A stretch of 64,000 nt of DNA from an uncultured Gammaproteobacteria bacterium (GTDB lineage: Bacteria > Patescibacteriota > Microgenomatia > Levybacterales > GWA1-39-11). Shown piece by piece: positions 39,348 to 48,716 of the stretch; the stretch's first letter is position 1, and every line of letters starts with the position of its first letter. Location of the stretch: assembly GCA_964511305.1 (NCBI GenBank), contig CAZEEU010000002.1, positions 17,608 to 81,607 on the forward strand. Reading direction: 5' to 3'. The notes under the pieces were generated by a model, which was not told the origin of the DNA, did not search any database, and saw nothing but the letters and a program-made list of their open reading frames with translations. A program made the position numbers and the translations under genes.

Positions 39348-40670
39348 TTATGTAATGAGGCCTAAACGTTTTTTTGCTGTATCAATATTGTGTAGATAGA
39401 ATTTTGGATCAAATGCCTCATCAAGCTCCTCTTTAGTCAAATGGTCCGTTATTCCAGAGTTATCAACTGCCAACTCGTAAAGCAATGTTTTCTCTTTCAT
39501 TGCTTTTAAGGCCAACCCTTTAACCAATTCGTATGCTTCAGTCCTAGAATATGCACCTTGGTCCAATAACATATTCAGAAGTCTTCCACTATATATCGCA
39601 CCAAAACTTTTCTCTACGTTTTCGGCCATTTTCTCAGGATCTACTTCAAGATTTCGAATAATATGAGTGGTTAGTTTGGTAGCATATGCTAATAATCCAA
39701 ATGAGTCAGGGAATGAAAATCTTTCAGTTGATGAATGACTTATATCTCTTTCGAGCCAAAGAATCATTGCGTCCAGCTCTTCAGCGGCTGCACTTCTTAT
39801 TCTACGATTAACACCCACAACTCTCTCTGACAACTCGGGATTTCTTTTATGAGGCATTGAACTTGAACCTTGTTGCGAGCCCGCCTCAAACGGCTCTCTA
39901 ACTTCCCCAACTTCACTTATAGATAGGAGTCGAACGTCTGTAGCTATTCGCGCCAATGTTGCAGCATTAATCGCATTTATTCCTAAGACTTCCGCATGCC
40001 TATCGCGACTGATTACTTGGGTTGGCGCTTCGTCCGGCCTTAGTCCTAATTTTTTTAATGCTAACTCCTCAAACTCCGGTTCGATGAATACATTTGTTCC
40101 AATTTCGCCTGACAACTTCCCGACTGATATTACTTGGTCAGCTCGATCAAACCTTTCAACGCCTCTCATTACCTCTGCATACCACCCTAGCATTTGACGC
40201 TCAAATGTTTGAGGCAATGCCTGTTGCGTATGACTTCTACCTATTTGCAATGTATCTTGGTGCTCTCCTGATTTTTCTAATAAAGCTACCCCTAATTCCT
40301 CAAAGCCTGATTTCACCATCCCAATTGACTCTTTCACCTGCAAAGCCAAACTTGTATCCAAAACATCACTTGATGTATTACCCCTATGAAGATGGTTCCC
40401 CACAGCATCTGGCAGCTTTGACTGAACATGCCTCAGCAATTTGTTGGTTTCATGACCACTTGCGGCATTTAATGTAGTTACTTCATCGGGGGTTAATACC
40501 AACGCACCTTTTATTTGCAGTAATTCATCAGCCGTCGGTTCACCGTATAGCTCATGCCTTGCTTCGCTTTGAGCACCCCAGATTCCCATTTGTGCATTGA
40601 AATAACCCGCTGACTCCCAAACCTGCGTCATCTCAGGCACTTCTCCTGCGTATCTTTCTGGTAGTGGCAT
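39348..40670 (-). CDS. purB: Adenylosuccinate lyase
   Basis: H.G.TSSDVLDT, GRSH, TQVISRDRHA, GSSSMPHKRNP, ERDISHSS.ER. Confidence 0.93.
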   Translation of the reverse strand: MPLPERYAGEVPEMTQVWESAGYFNAQMGIWGAQSEARHELYGEPTADELLQIKGALVLTPDEVTTLNAASGHETNKLLRHVQSKLPDAVGNHLHRGNTSSDVLDTSLALQVKESIGMVKSGFEELGVALLEKSGEHQDTLQIGRSHTQQALPQTFERQMLGWYAEVMRGVERFDRADQVISVGKLSGEIGTNVFIEPEFEELALKKLGLRPDEAPTQVISRDRHAEVLGINAINAATLARIATDVRLLSISEVGEVREPFEAGSQQGSSSMPHKRNPELSERVVGVNRRIRSAAAEELDAMILWLERDISHSSTERFSFPDSFGLLAYATKLTTHIIRNLEVDPEKMAENVEKSFGAIYSGRLLNMLLDQGAYSRTEAYELVKGLALKAMKEKTLLYELAVDNSGITDHLTKEELDEAFDPKFYLHNIDTAKKRLGLIT

Positions 40671-40732
40671 ATTTCGATTATATGTGCTCATTTTATTTTG
40701 TCAATGAGTTCAAAATGATGTACAATTCTCAC

Positions 40733-41476
40733 ATGAATATCACGTCCCTCAGAACTCACAAGATTACATCACAAGACAACGACATTTTAAAAATTATTGA
40801 TCAATACATTCCACAACTGCAGGAAAATTCTATACTCGTTGTCACCAGCAAAATTGTTGCTATATCCGAAGGAAGTGTTGTTGAAAGTAATAAGGTTAGC
40901 AAGGATGAACTTGTTCTGGGACAAGCAGATATGTATCTTCCAAAAGAAGGGAACACTTTTAATTTATTTGTCACTATCAAAGATAATATATTGGCAGTCA
41001 ATGCTGGTATTGATGAATCAAATGCAGATGGAAAGTATGTTTTGTGGCCAACTAACGCACAGCAAAGCGCTGACGCAATAAGCTCTCATCTACACAAAAA
41101 ATTTAATCTTAAAAACGTCGGCGTTCTTATTACCGACAGCAAGACCACTCCACTACGTTATGGAATTACAGGTATTGGAATTGCTTACAGCGGTTTTGTC
41201 GCAATTAATGACTTTAAAGGCAAGCCAGACATCTTTGGAAGAATTTTAAAAATGACAACGGTGAATGTTATGGATGGGATAGCGGCCGCTGCTGCAGTTG
41301 TTATGGGTGAGGCATCAGAACAAACACCTCTTGCTATCGTTACTGACATACCTTTTGTACAGTTTCAGGACCACGCGCCCACAAAGGAGGAATTAGACCT
41401 TTTGGACATCGATCCTGCAACTGATGTCTATGGTGTCATGCTTCAAAGTACTCCTTGGAAAAAAGGCGGCAAATAA
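40733..41476 (+). CDS. CofE-like (F420-0:gamma-glutamyl ligase family) protein
   Basis: VVTSKIV.ISEG, NAGIDESN, GVLITDS, R.G..G, VMGE..E.TP. Confidence 0.88.
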   Translation: MNITSLRTHKITSQDNDILKIIDQYIPQLQENSILVVTSKIVAISEGSVVESNKVSKDELVLGQADMYLPKEGNTFNLFVTIKDNILAVNAGIDESNADGKYVLWPTNAQQSADAISSHLHKKFNLKNVGVLITDSKTTPLRYGITGIGIAYSGFVAINDFKGKPDIFGRILKMTTVNVMDGIAAAAAVVMGEASEQTPLAIVTDIPFVQFQDHAPTKEELDLLDIDPATDVYGVMLQSTPWKKGGK

Positions 41477-41523
41477 CCGCCAAAGTATTGACAACAAACC
41501 TCATTTTCTTGTAACTTAGAAGT

Positions 41524-43830
41524 ATGTCCGAACCATTAGCACCCGGAGGTGTTGCTGTTGCAGAAGCTCCACAGGCAGTAGTACCCACAACAGAAAACGT
41601 CTTAGATCAAGCTGTTGCTGTAGCTGAGCAAGCTGGCGGAGCAAGTCTAACCGGTTCTGCTGCACCAGCTATAGAAAATCCACCACTTGGAGGAATAAGT
41701 AATGTACTTCCTGGTGGAGATATGAGCTCGACAGAAGACCCCGGCAAGATTGCTGCGCAAAAAGCAGGTGAAGTTGCTGCAACGCAGGCAGCCGCGGGAA
41801 ATGAAAAAAAAGGCGGACTCTTCAGTTCTCTTGCCAAACTAAATCCCTTTAAAACGGAAATTGTTGATAGAGCAACTGCTGACGCTGCGCCTCCTCCAAA
41901 ACCTGCAGAAGTTACTCCTGGCTTAGGATTTGCCCCTGGTGAGCCAAAAATTGCAAAAATTGATGTTCCAGTTGGAGCTAATCAAGAACTAGCAGCGGGG
42001 ACCACTCCACCTGTACTTAGAGTTACAGAAGAAGCTCAAGCTGCAGAAGCAAGTGCAAATAAAGTTCTTGGCGGGAATTCACAGCTTCCAGACGCACCTG
42101 TTGAAACACCACCTGCTACTGGTTCGCTTGATGCTGCTATGGATGAGATCCACAAAACAGCTGAAGAAGCATGGAACAAGCCAGAAACATCTGCAGAACC
42201 TGCTCCCGCTGTAGATAGCGCTGTTGCCTCACCTACAGAGGTTACCGCACCAATAGCCGAAGCATCCGTTGTTCCAACAACTGTTGAAGCACCAAAGACC
42301 GCTGCCCCAGTTGAATCATTACTAGCTGCAGCTGCTCAAGAAACTGATGTCGCTGCTGATGCAGCTGCACATCCTGAAATAGTGGACTATGACAAAAATG
42401 TTGCAGCAACTGCAGGTGAAGCAGAAGATGCCGCAAATGCAGCAAAAAATGAAGCACCAAATCTTGATCCTCTTGCCGTAACAGGAACTGAGGCAAGCGC
42501 GGCGCCAGACGTTCCTGCATATACTCCTCCCCTTGATGGTCTTCCAAGTGCAGAAGTTACAGCCTCAGCCCTGCCAGATGCACAAACATCAACGCCAGAT
42601 CCTCTTGCCGTAACCACAGAGCCAGAACAAGCAATGCCTCAAGCAGTACCAGATGTTCTTTCACAAGCAGCAGACGTTGCTGCAAATGCTGAAGCAACAG
42701 GCGGACCACTCCCATCAGACGGTGCAGTAGCTCCTGCAGTCGAGAGTCCAATTCTTGCTCAAGCAAATGAAGTTGTAGCAAATGCTCAAGCATCAAGTAG
42801 TATTGCAGAGCCAAGCACTATCGGATCACAAGAACCAACAGCTCCTACGGATACTCTTTCACAAGCAGCAGACGTTGCTGCAAATGCTGAAGCAACAGGC
42901 GGACCACTCCCATCAGACGGAGCAGCAGCTCTTACAATTGAAAATCCAGTTCTTGCACAAGCAAATGAAGTTGTTGCAAACGCTGAGGCTGTCGGAGGTG
43001 CACTACCGACTGAGAATTCAGCAGATTCAGGTAATACTCCAATTGAAGCAATTGCTTCCCCACTTCCTAACGCGAATGCTACAAACGAAAATCAATGGAG
43101 TGCCTCCAACTTAACAGGAGTAACATCGGCGGAAACATCAAGCATAGCTGCATCCAGTGAGCAAACCGCAGCAACTCCTGCAACAGCCGTAATTCAGTCA
43201 TTAGAAACTATGCCCAAAGCAAACCCTATTCAAGTTCAGGCACCAGATGGCACAACACTTCCTGCAGCACCTGAAATAACCCCAGCAGAACCAGTTGCAC
43301 CAGCTGTAGTTGAAACAGTCACTACACCTACACCATCTGCAGTACCTGAAACAGTAGATTCTCCAGCCAATGAACAATCCAGCAATTTAACACCGTTCCC
43401 AGCGGCAACTCTACCAACAGAAGCATCTAGTACTTCTCCTGAAATAGCAGCTGATCTAAATACAACTACAACAATTGGAGCTGATGCAAGCGTTGAAGAA
43501 GCACCTTCAGCCTCTGTATTGCCAGATAATATGTCTGCCCTTCCTGGTGTAACTCCAGAAGCACAAACACAAGAACAAATTACCGCGGCACAAAGCGGGA
43601 TAGCACCAACATTAATAAATACAGAAGCTCCTTCAGCCACACTTGGTACCGCAACTCCAGATAATTTACTCGCCTTCCCAGGAGCAACAGCTGAAGCACA
43701 ATCACCTCAGCAAATTGCAACGGCACAAAGCGGAACACCATTAAGTACTGTCGACACCGGGCCTACAGCACCAGCTGAGGATACAAATTCAGGAACAGGA
43801 ACTCCAACTGCACCACCCATCGCCGCATAA
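41524..43830 (+). CDS. Large acidic Ala/Pro/Thr/Glu-rich low-complexity protein
   Basis: 768-aa ORF with TTGACA/TAACTT promoter; internal 66-aa repeat; no signal peptide or TM. Confidence 0.8.
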   Translation: MSEPLAPGGVAVAEAPQAVVPTTENVLDQAVAVAEQAGGASLTGSAAPAIENPPLGGISNVLPGGDMSSTEDPGKIAAQKAGEVAATQAAAGNEKKGGLFSSLAKLNPFKTEIVDRATADAAPPPKPAEVTPGLGFAPGEPKIAKIDVPVGANQELAAGTTPPVLRVTEEAQAAEASANKVLGGNSQLPDAPVETPPATGSLDAAMDEIHKTAEEAWNKPETSAEPAPAVDSAVASPTEVTAPIAEASVVPTTVEAPKTAAPVESLLAAAAQETDVAADAAAHPEIVDYDKNVAATAGEAEDAANAAKNEAPNLDPLAVTGTEASAAPDVPAYTPPLDGLPSAEVTASALPDAQTSTPDPLAVTTEPEQAMPQAVPDVLSQAADVAANAEATGGPLPSDGAVAPAVESPILAQANEVVANAQASSSIAEPSTIGSQEPTAPTDTLSQAADVAANAEATGGPLPSDGAAALTIENPVLAQANEVVANAEAVGGALPTENSADSGNTPIEAIASPLPNANATNENQWSASNLTGVTSAETSSIAASSEQTAATPATAVIQSLETMPKANPIQVQAPDGTTLPAAPEITPAEPVAPAVVETVTTPTPSAVPETVDSPANEQSSNLTPFPAATLPTEASSTSPEIAADLNTTTTIGADASVEEAPSASVLPDNMSALPGVTPEAQTQEQITAAQSGIAPTLINTEAPSATLGTATPDNLLAFPGATAEAQSPQQIATAQSGTPLSTVDTGPTAPAEDTNSGTGTPTAPPIAA

Positions 43831-43847
43831 CCTTATTCAACTGCCCA

Positions 43848-43965
43848 ACGGGTGACACGTCGAAGGGGCTCCATCGAGAAAATTTCACAAGCGAACAATG
43901 TTACTAAATTAGTAGAGTGGGTGAATATTTTCGAAAATGGGGATTTAGACGTGGCAGGACCCGTA
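43848..43965 (+). repeat. 120-bp rod-like palindromic element, copy 2
   Basis: 47 bp identical to copy 1, variable centre, 4 substitutions in the 54-nt 3' arm. Confidence 0.92.
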
Positions 43966-43969
43966 ACAC

Positions 43970-44587
43970 CTAATACTCGCTTCTTCCTTCAAGTGCTCGA
44001 GTGAGGGTTACTTCGTCAGCATATTCAATATCTGCACCGACTGGAAGTCCTCTACCAATTCTAGTTATTTTAAGCTCGGGACTTTGGAACTTTAATTGCT
44101 TAACCAGATACATTGCCGTCGCTTCCCCTTCCATTGTAGGATTTGTCGCAATAATAATCTCCTCAATCTCCTGACCGCTGTCCGCTGTTTCCCGTAATCT
44201 TTTCATCAATTGCGGGATATAAATATCATCGGGTCCAATTGAATTGAGAGGATCAATTACTCCATGAAGTACATGATACACCCCGTTAAATTTGTCAGAT
44301 TTTTCAAATGCAATTACGTCTAACGCGTCCTCAACCAAACAAATTGTTGAAATATCACGTTGAGGATCAGAACACACGTCACATATATCAGTAGTGCCGA
44401 TATTAAAACAGATCGTACACATCTTTGTATTTTTCTTAAGATTTGTGAGAGAGGCTGCAAAATCATCAAGATCACTTTGTGGTACATGTAATAAATAGAA
44501 GCCAAGGCGCTGCGCCGACTTAGGACCAATACCTGGTAGTCGTTCAAAACCTTCAATAACCTGTTCTAACGCTCTGGGAATTTTCAT
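43970..44587 (-). CDS. recR: Recombination mediator RecR
   Basis: LPGIGPKSAQR, C4 zinc finger, YHVLHG, ATNPTMEGEATA, GLPVG.DIEY.D. Confidence 0.97.
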   Translation of the reverse strand: MKIPRALEQVIEGFERLPGIGPKSAQRLGFYLLHVPQSDLDDFAASLTNLKKNTKMCTICFNIGTTDICDVCSDPQRDISTICLVEDALDVIAFEKSDKFNGVYHVLHGVIDPLNSIGPDDIYIPQLMKRLRETADSGQEIEEIIIATNPTMEGEATAMYLVKQLKFQSPELKITRIGRGLPVGADIEYADEVTLTRALEGRSEY

Positions 44588-44607
44588 GGAAAAAAACTAA
44601 ACGCTTC

Positions 44608-45171
44608 TTAGACTGTCATGAGCTCCTGCTCTTTTGCTTTTGATGCTTCGTCAATTTTTGCGATAAATTCATCTGTTATTTTTTGAATCTCTTTTTCCAT
44701 TCTTTTTTCATCATCCTCAGAAATTTCTCCATCTTTTTTTGCTTTTCCAACTTCTTCATTAAATTCCTGCCTCACTTGTCTTATCATAATTTTCCCATTT
44801 TCTGCTTTTTTATGGATAAGTTTTACGAATTCTTCACGTCTTTCTTGAGTCAAGGGAGGAATGCTTACGCGGATGTTTGTGCCATCCACTGCGATACCTA
44901 ACCCCATCTGGCTATCTGATATACCCTTCTCAAGATCGCGAAGCACTGATGAATCAAAAGGAGTTATAACAATAGTCTGGTGATCTTGCACATGAATAGT
45001 AGCAAGTTCCAACACTTTAAGTCTTGCTGTCCCGTTGTAAGCTGAAATTACAATATTTTCGACCAACTGAGGATTTGCTTTACCGGTCTTTACAGTCCCA
45101 AAGTCTTCTCTTAGTACAGAAAAGGCCTTATCCATTTTATTTCTTGTTTGTTGTTGAATCTGTGCATCCAT
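44608..45171 (-). CDS. frr: Ribosome recycling factor
   Basis: KTGKANP, IPPLTQERR, IRQVR, IQKITD. Confidence 0.96.
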   Translation of the reverse strand: MDAQIQQQTRNKMDKAFSVLREDFGTVKTGKANPQLVENIVISAYNGTARLKVLELATIHVQDHQTIVITPFDSSVLRDLEKGISDSQMGLGIAVDGTNIRVSIPPLTQERREEFVKLIHKKAENGKIMIRQVRQEFNEEVGKAKKDGEISEDDEKRMEKEIQKITDEFIAKIDEASKAKEQELMTV

Positions 45172-45180
45172 ATGACCGTT

Positions 45181-45270
45181 AGGTTATCAGAATAAGAATC
45201 AAGAAGCAAGAATTAAATATCAAGCATATAAGAACTTTATACATTCTTCTTCATTCTTTATTCTGTATTC
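45181..45270. repeat. Inverted pair of heptamer arrays containing the frr promoter
   Basis: AGAATCA/AGAAGCA/AGAATTA then TCATTCT/TTATTCT; minus strand TTGCTT-N17-TAACCT. Confidence 0.8.
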
Positions 45271-46384
45271 AGGGTAAGATACTCTTTCCCTGAACCAATC
45301 TTGAAACGTCTAGCAATGTTATAAGAAGCATGAGCCCCAAAAGAGCAACTAGTCCTACTGCATGAGCGTATCCTTCGTATTTTTGACTTACCTTTCTTCG
45401 AGTAGCAAGTTCAATAAGCATAAAGAAAAATCTTCCTCCATCAAGAGCTGGTATTGGCATGATATTAAGTACAGCAAGATTAAGAGACAATAAAGCAACG
45501 AACCAAAGAACAGCAAACCATCCTGCTCTTACGGCTTCTCCCGTTAGTTGAGCAACTCCTATTGGACCCGCAACACTTTCTGGCCTAACTCCACCATGGA
45601 CAAGATCATTCACCATTCCACCAAGTCCTGACAATATCAACCAAGAGAATTTACCAGCTTCGATTGTTCCATATATAGGAGCTTCGTACCATGTGTATTT
45701 CTTGACAATGATATTTGTGATGCTAACCCCCATTGCACCCTCATTTTTCGGAGGATTAAGTCGAGGTGTGAGGCTAGTGGTAAATTCTTTGCCATCGCGC
45801 CTGACCAAAAGTTGTATCTCGTGTCCTGCGTTTTTCTTTGTCTCAGAGATAAAAACGTCAGTCTTACTAATCGCTTTGTCATTAATTTTTAAAATTCTAT
45901 CTTCAACTTTAAGACCTGCTACTTCCGCTGGAGAATTTTTTGAAATACCTGATACGATAACGTCGCTTGAGGGTAGCGGTACGCCTTGAGTTGAAAAGAG
46001 GAAAGAAATAAGTACGATGGCAAGTAAAAAATTCATGATAACCCCAGCGGTTACAACTGCCATTCTCTGCCAAAGGGGACGCGCATAAAAAGCCCTCTTA
46101 ATATCTGTTTCCTCATTCTTAATACTTGATTCTTGATTCTTAGCTCTAACTGATCCTCCACCTGCATTATCTTCTCCATATAACTTTACAAAGCCTCCGA
46201 TAGGAAGCCAATTAATTGAGTACACCGTCTCGCCAATTTTTTTGCCAAATGCACGAGGTGGAAATCCTACACCAAATTCCTCCACCTTGATCCCAAATTT
46301 CTTGGCAACTAAGTAGTGGCCTAATTCATGAATTAATACAAGGATAGAGAGAATTACAATAAAGGAGATAATTGTCAGAAGCAT
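45269..46384 (-). CDS. rseP: RIP metalloprotease RseP
   Basis: HELGH, PIGGFV, AGVIMN, PDZ domain, NIMPIPALDGG. Confidence 0.95.
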   Translation of the reverse strand: MLLTIISFIVILSILVLIHELGHYLVAKKFGIKVEEFGVGFPPRAFGKKIGETVYSINWLPIGGFVKLYGEDNAGGGSVRAKNQESSIKNEETDIKRAFYARPLWQRMAVVTAGVIMNFLLAIVLISFLFSTQGVPLPSSDVIVSGISKNSPAEVAGLKVEDRILKINDKAISKTDVFISETKKNAGHEIQLLVRRDGKEFTTSLTPRLNPPKNEGAMGVSITNIIVKKYTWYEAPIYGTIEAGKFSWLILSGLGGMVNDLVHGGVRPESVAGPIGVAQLTGEAVRAGWFAVLWFVALLSLNLAVLNIMPIPALDGGRFFFMLIELATRRKVSQKYEGYAHAVGLVALLGLMLLITLLDVSRLVQGKSILP

Positions 46385-46422
46385 TTAATTATTATACAGG
46401 ATTACTTACAAAAAACAGGGGC

Positions 46423-46875
46423 TTAATAAATTCTTGTAGTATGAGTATAACTCGTAAAATCGGCGTTGTGTGTTTCAGTTATCTGCCCTACAGAGGCACC
46501 TACGTATTCACTCAGCAATATTAATCTTTGAGGAGTCTCATTCAATGTAAGTTCAAATTGTTCCAGCATTTCAGCTGGAAGCCTGTGCCATTCATCAACT
46601 TCAAGGGTAGCTAATTTGGCTTCCCATCCCGCATCTCTTTTTTGAACACTATGCATGAGAACATAATTGATTGTCCTAATAGAACCAAATTCTATGTTGG
46701 CGACTCTATAAACTTCTGCCGTTTGATCCCCTGCTCCTCTTAATTTATTTGCACTATCCTCCACTATGTGACGAGCTTCACCTAACTGATCTTTGCGTTC
46801 GCCAATGAAATTATCTAGAAGTGTTCTTGATTCTTGAATTTGGGCTGGGGTGGACGAATGGGTTTCGTTAGCCAT
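46423..46875 (-). CDS. Hypothetical protein coupled to tsf
   Basis: ATG overlaps tsf stop (TAATG). Confidence 0.65.
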   Translation of the reverse strand: MANETHSSTPAQIQESRTLLDNFIGERKDQLGEARHIVEDSANKLRGAGDQTAEVYRVANIEFGSIRTINYVLMHSVQKRDAGWEAKLATLEVDEWHRLPAEMLEQFELTLNETPQRLILLSEYVGASVGQITETHNADFTSYTHTTRIY

Positions 46876-47327
46876 TAGATTTCGGAGCGTTTGAATTCAC
46901 TAATCTTAATATTCTCACCAAGTTTTGCGATTGCTTCTGTTACCAAATCATTTATAACCTTTGATCCGTCCCGAATGTATTCTTGCTTAAGAAGCGCATC
47001 TACATCTTTAGGATTCATTGCTGCAATTTGCATAGCAACTTCATGAGCCAGATGCTTAAATTCGTCTGTTCTTGCAACGAAATCTGTTTCACAAAGCACT
47101 GATACGAGTACTCCTACTTTTCCTGTTTGATGAACGTAGCTTTCAACGAGTCCTTGACCTGTCTCACGGTCAGACTTTTTAGCAGCTTTTTCAAAACCCT
47201 TTTTTCGAAGGATTTCTTCTGCCTTTTTCATATCTCCTTTTGCCTCATCAAGAGCCATTTTGCAATCTGCAAAACCTGCTTGGGTTTTTTCTCTTAAGTC
47301 TTTGATTTGTTGTGCTGAAATTGCCAT
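46875..47327 (-). CDS. tsf: Elongation factor Ts (short form)
   Basis: LREKTQAG..DCK.AL, CETDFVAR, KLGENI. Confidence 0.96.
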   Translation of the reverse strand: MAISAQQIKDLREKTQAGFADCKMALDEAKGDMKKAEEILRKKGFEKAAKKSDRETGQGLVESYVHQTGKVGVLVSVLCETDFVARTDEFKHLAHEVAMQIAAMNPKDVDALLKQEYIRDGSKVINDLVTEAIAKLGENIKISEFKRSEI

Positions 47328-47328
47328 A

Positions 47329-48111
47329 TTATTTAGCCTTCTCCTCTGCAACCTTTGCTTTTCTTGTTTCTTCTGCTAATTTCTCGGCTGCTTTGTTGTC
47401 TACTTTTAATTTTTCCTTAGATCCTTCGATCCAAGCGTCAATTAAATATGTAGTAATAAGCTTGATTGATCCAACTGCATCATCATTTGCAGGAATTGAA
47501 AAATCAACTTCGGATGGATCTGCATTTGTGTCAGTTATACCGATTGTTTTAAGTCCAACTCTTGCAGCCTCTCTTACAGCTGTATTTTCTCCATGCGTAT
47601 CAATAATAAATACAGCATCAGGTGCTTGCTTGATAGTAAATAAACCTCCGTATATGTCTTTTAATTTTATTAGTTCTTTTTCAAAAATACCAACTTCTCT
47701 TTTTGTGTATCCACCACGATCTTCAGCAGTAACAATTTTCTCAAGATCAACAAGCTTTTTGAAATTTTTCTTTACTTCTTCAAAATTTGTAAAAATTCCA
47801 CCAATCCAACGAGAAATGATGTAATGAATCGTGTCTGGGGTTACTTCTCGGGCCCTTTCAACTTCTTCTTTAACGATTGCCTGAGCCTGTCTTTTTGTAC
47901 CTACGACAACAATGCTTCCGCCTTTTGCTGCAAGTTCTTTAACATATTCTGCAGCCGCAATAAGACCTTCCTGAGTTGCCTCAAGATTTATGATATTAAC
48001 TCCTCCGCGAGCTTCAAAAATATAGCGATTAGCTTTTGGGTTGCGTCTATTAACTTGATGTCCAAAATGACATCCAGCTTCCAATAATTCTTCTAGTGTA
48101 ATTTGTCTCAT
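47329..48111 (-). CDS. rpsB: 30S ribosomal protein S2
   Basis: LLEAGCHFGH, VGTKRQA, RWIGG.FTN, DTN.DP, IPANDD. Confidence 0.98.
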   Translation of the reverse strand: MRQITLEELLEAGCHFGHQVNRRNPKANRYIFEARGGVNIINLEATQEGLIAAAEYVKELAAKGGSIVVVGTKRQAQAIVKEEVERAREVTPDTIHYIISRWIGGIFTNFEEVKKNFKKLVDLEKIVTAEDRGGYTKREVGIFEKELIKLKDIYGGLFTIKQAPDAVFIIDTHGENTAVREAARVGLKTIGITDTNADPSEVDFSIPANDDAVGSIKLITTYLIDAWIEGSKEKLKVDNKAAEKLAEETRKAKVAEEKAK

Positions 48112-48219
48112 TTATTTATTCCTTTTAAACCTCTGCTTCTGGGGGCGTTTTCAGCCAGGAAGTAATCCAGAGCATGTTGTTATGAAGGTAATTATATAGA
48201 ATTAAGCACAAAGAATCAA
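48112..48219 (-). promoter_or_regulatory. rpsB promoter and structured 5' leader
   Basis: TTGATT(48219)-N17-TATAAT(48196); leader stems CTCTG/CAGAG and CTTC-CTGG/CCAG-AAG, the expected position of an S2 autoregulatory leader. Confidence 0.7.
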
Positions 48220-48234
48220 GTATTAAGAGTCCAT

Positions 48235-48615
48235 TCAGATTCTTGTAATATTTTTTGAACTTTTTAATAAGCCATTTATGATCTTATGAACCTCAATGGA
48301 CTTAGCATCAAGTTCCTGAAATACTTCTGAATTCATCAATCCTACGTCATGAGATATTTGTAATTGGCTTTGGAGCTCAGTTACAGAACCAAGTGAAACT
48401 GAATAGAACTGAGACTTATCCTTATAAGTTTTTCTGCTAAAACCTTCTGCTATGTTTGAGACTATAGAGACGACACACCTTCGCATTTGACTTGTTAACC
48501 CAAACTGTTCGATTGTGGGGAAATTTCTTGTAACCTCATAGATTCTAACGGCTAGAACGTGAGATTTTTTCCAAGCAAACAAATCTTCAAACGACTTAAT
48601 TTTTAAATTTTCCAT
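48235..48615 (-). CDS. Four-helix-bundle protein (23S rRNA IVS protein/Avd-like family)
   Basis: FEDL.AWKKS, FP..EQFGLTSQMRR..VSI.SNIAEG, GS..E.QSQL. Confidence 0.95.
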   Translation of the reverse strand: MENLKIKSFEDLFAWKKSHVLAVRIYEVTRNFPTIEQFGLTSQMRRCVVSIVSNIAEGFSRKTYKDKSQFYSVSLGSVTELQSQLQISHDVGLMNSEVFQELDAKSIEVHKIINGLLKSSKNITRI

Positions 48616-48635
48616 ACCTGTAAGTCAGTATAAAA

Positions 48636-48711
48636 TCTTGTTATTAAATTATTCTGTACTTTTCTACTTAATACTTACTTCTTGATACTTTATTCTTTAT
48701 CCGTCTAAAAT
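48636..48711. repeat. Heptamer array containing the vWA-gene promoter
   Basis: TTATTCT, TAATACT, TGATACT, TTATTCT; TTGATA-N18-TAAAAT. Confidence 0.75.
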
Positions 48712-48716
48712 GAGTT

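Noticed and set aside
40733-41476. Evidence for coenzyme F420 biosynthesis
   Set aside because: CofE-like proteins occur without the pathway; no other cof/fbi genes are in the window.
48235-48615. 23S rRNA intervening sequence or DGR avd gene
   Set aside because: No rRNA sequence flanks it, and no reverse transcriptase or TR/VR pair is visible in the window.
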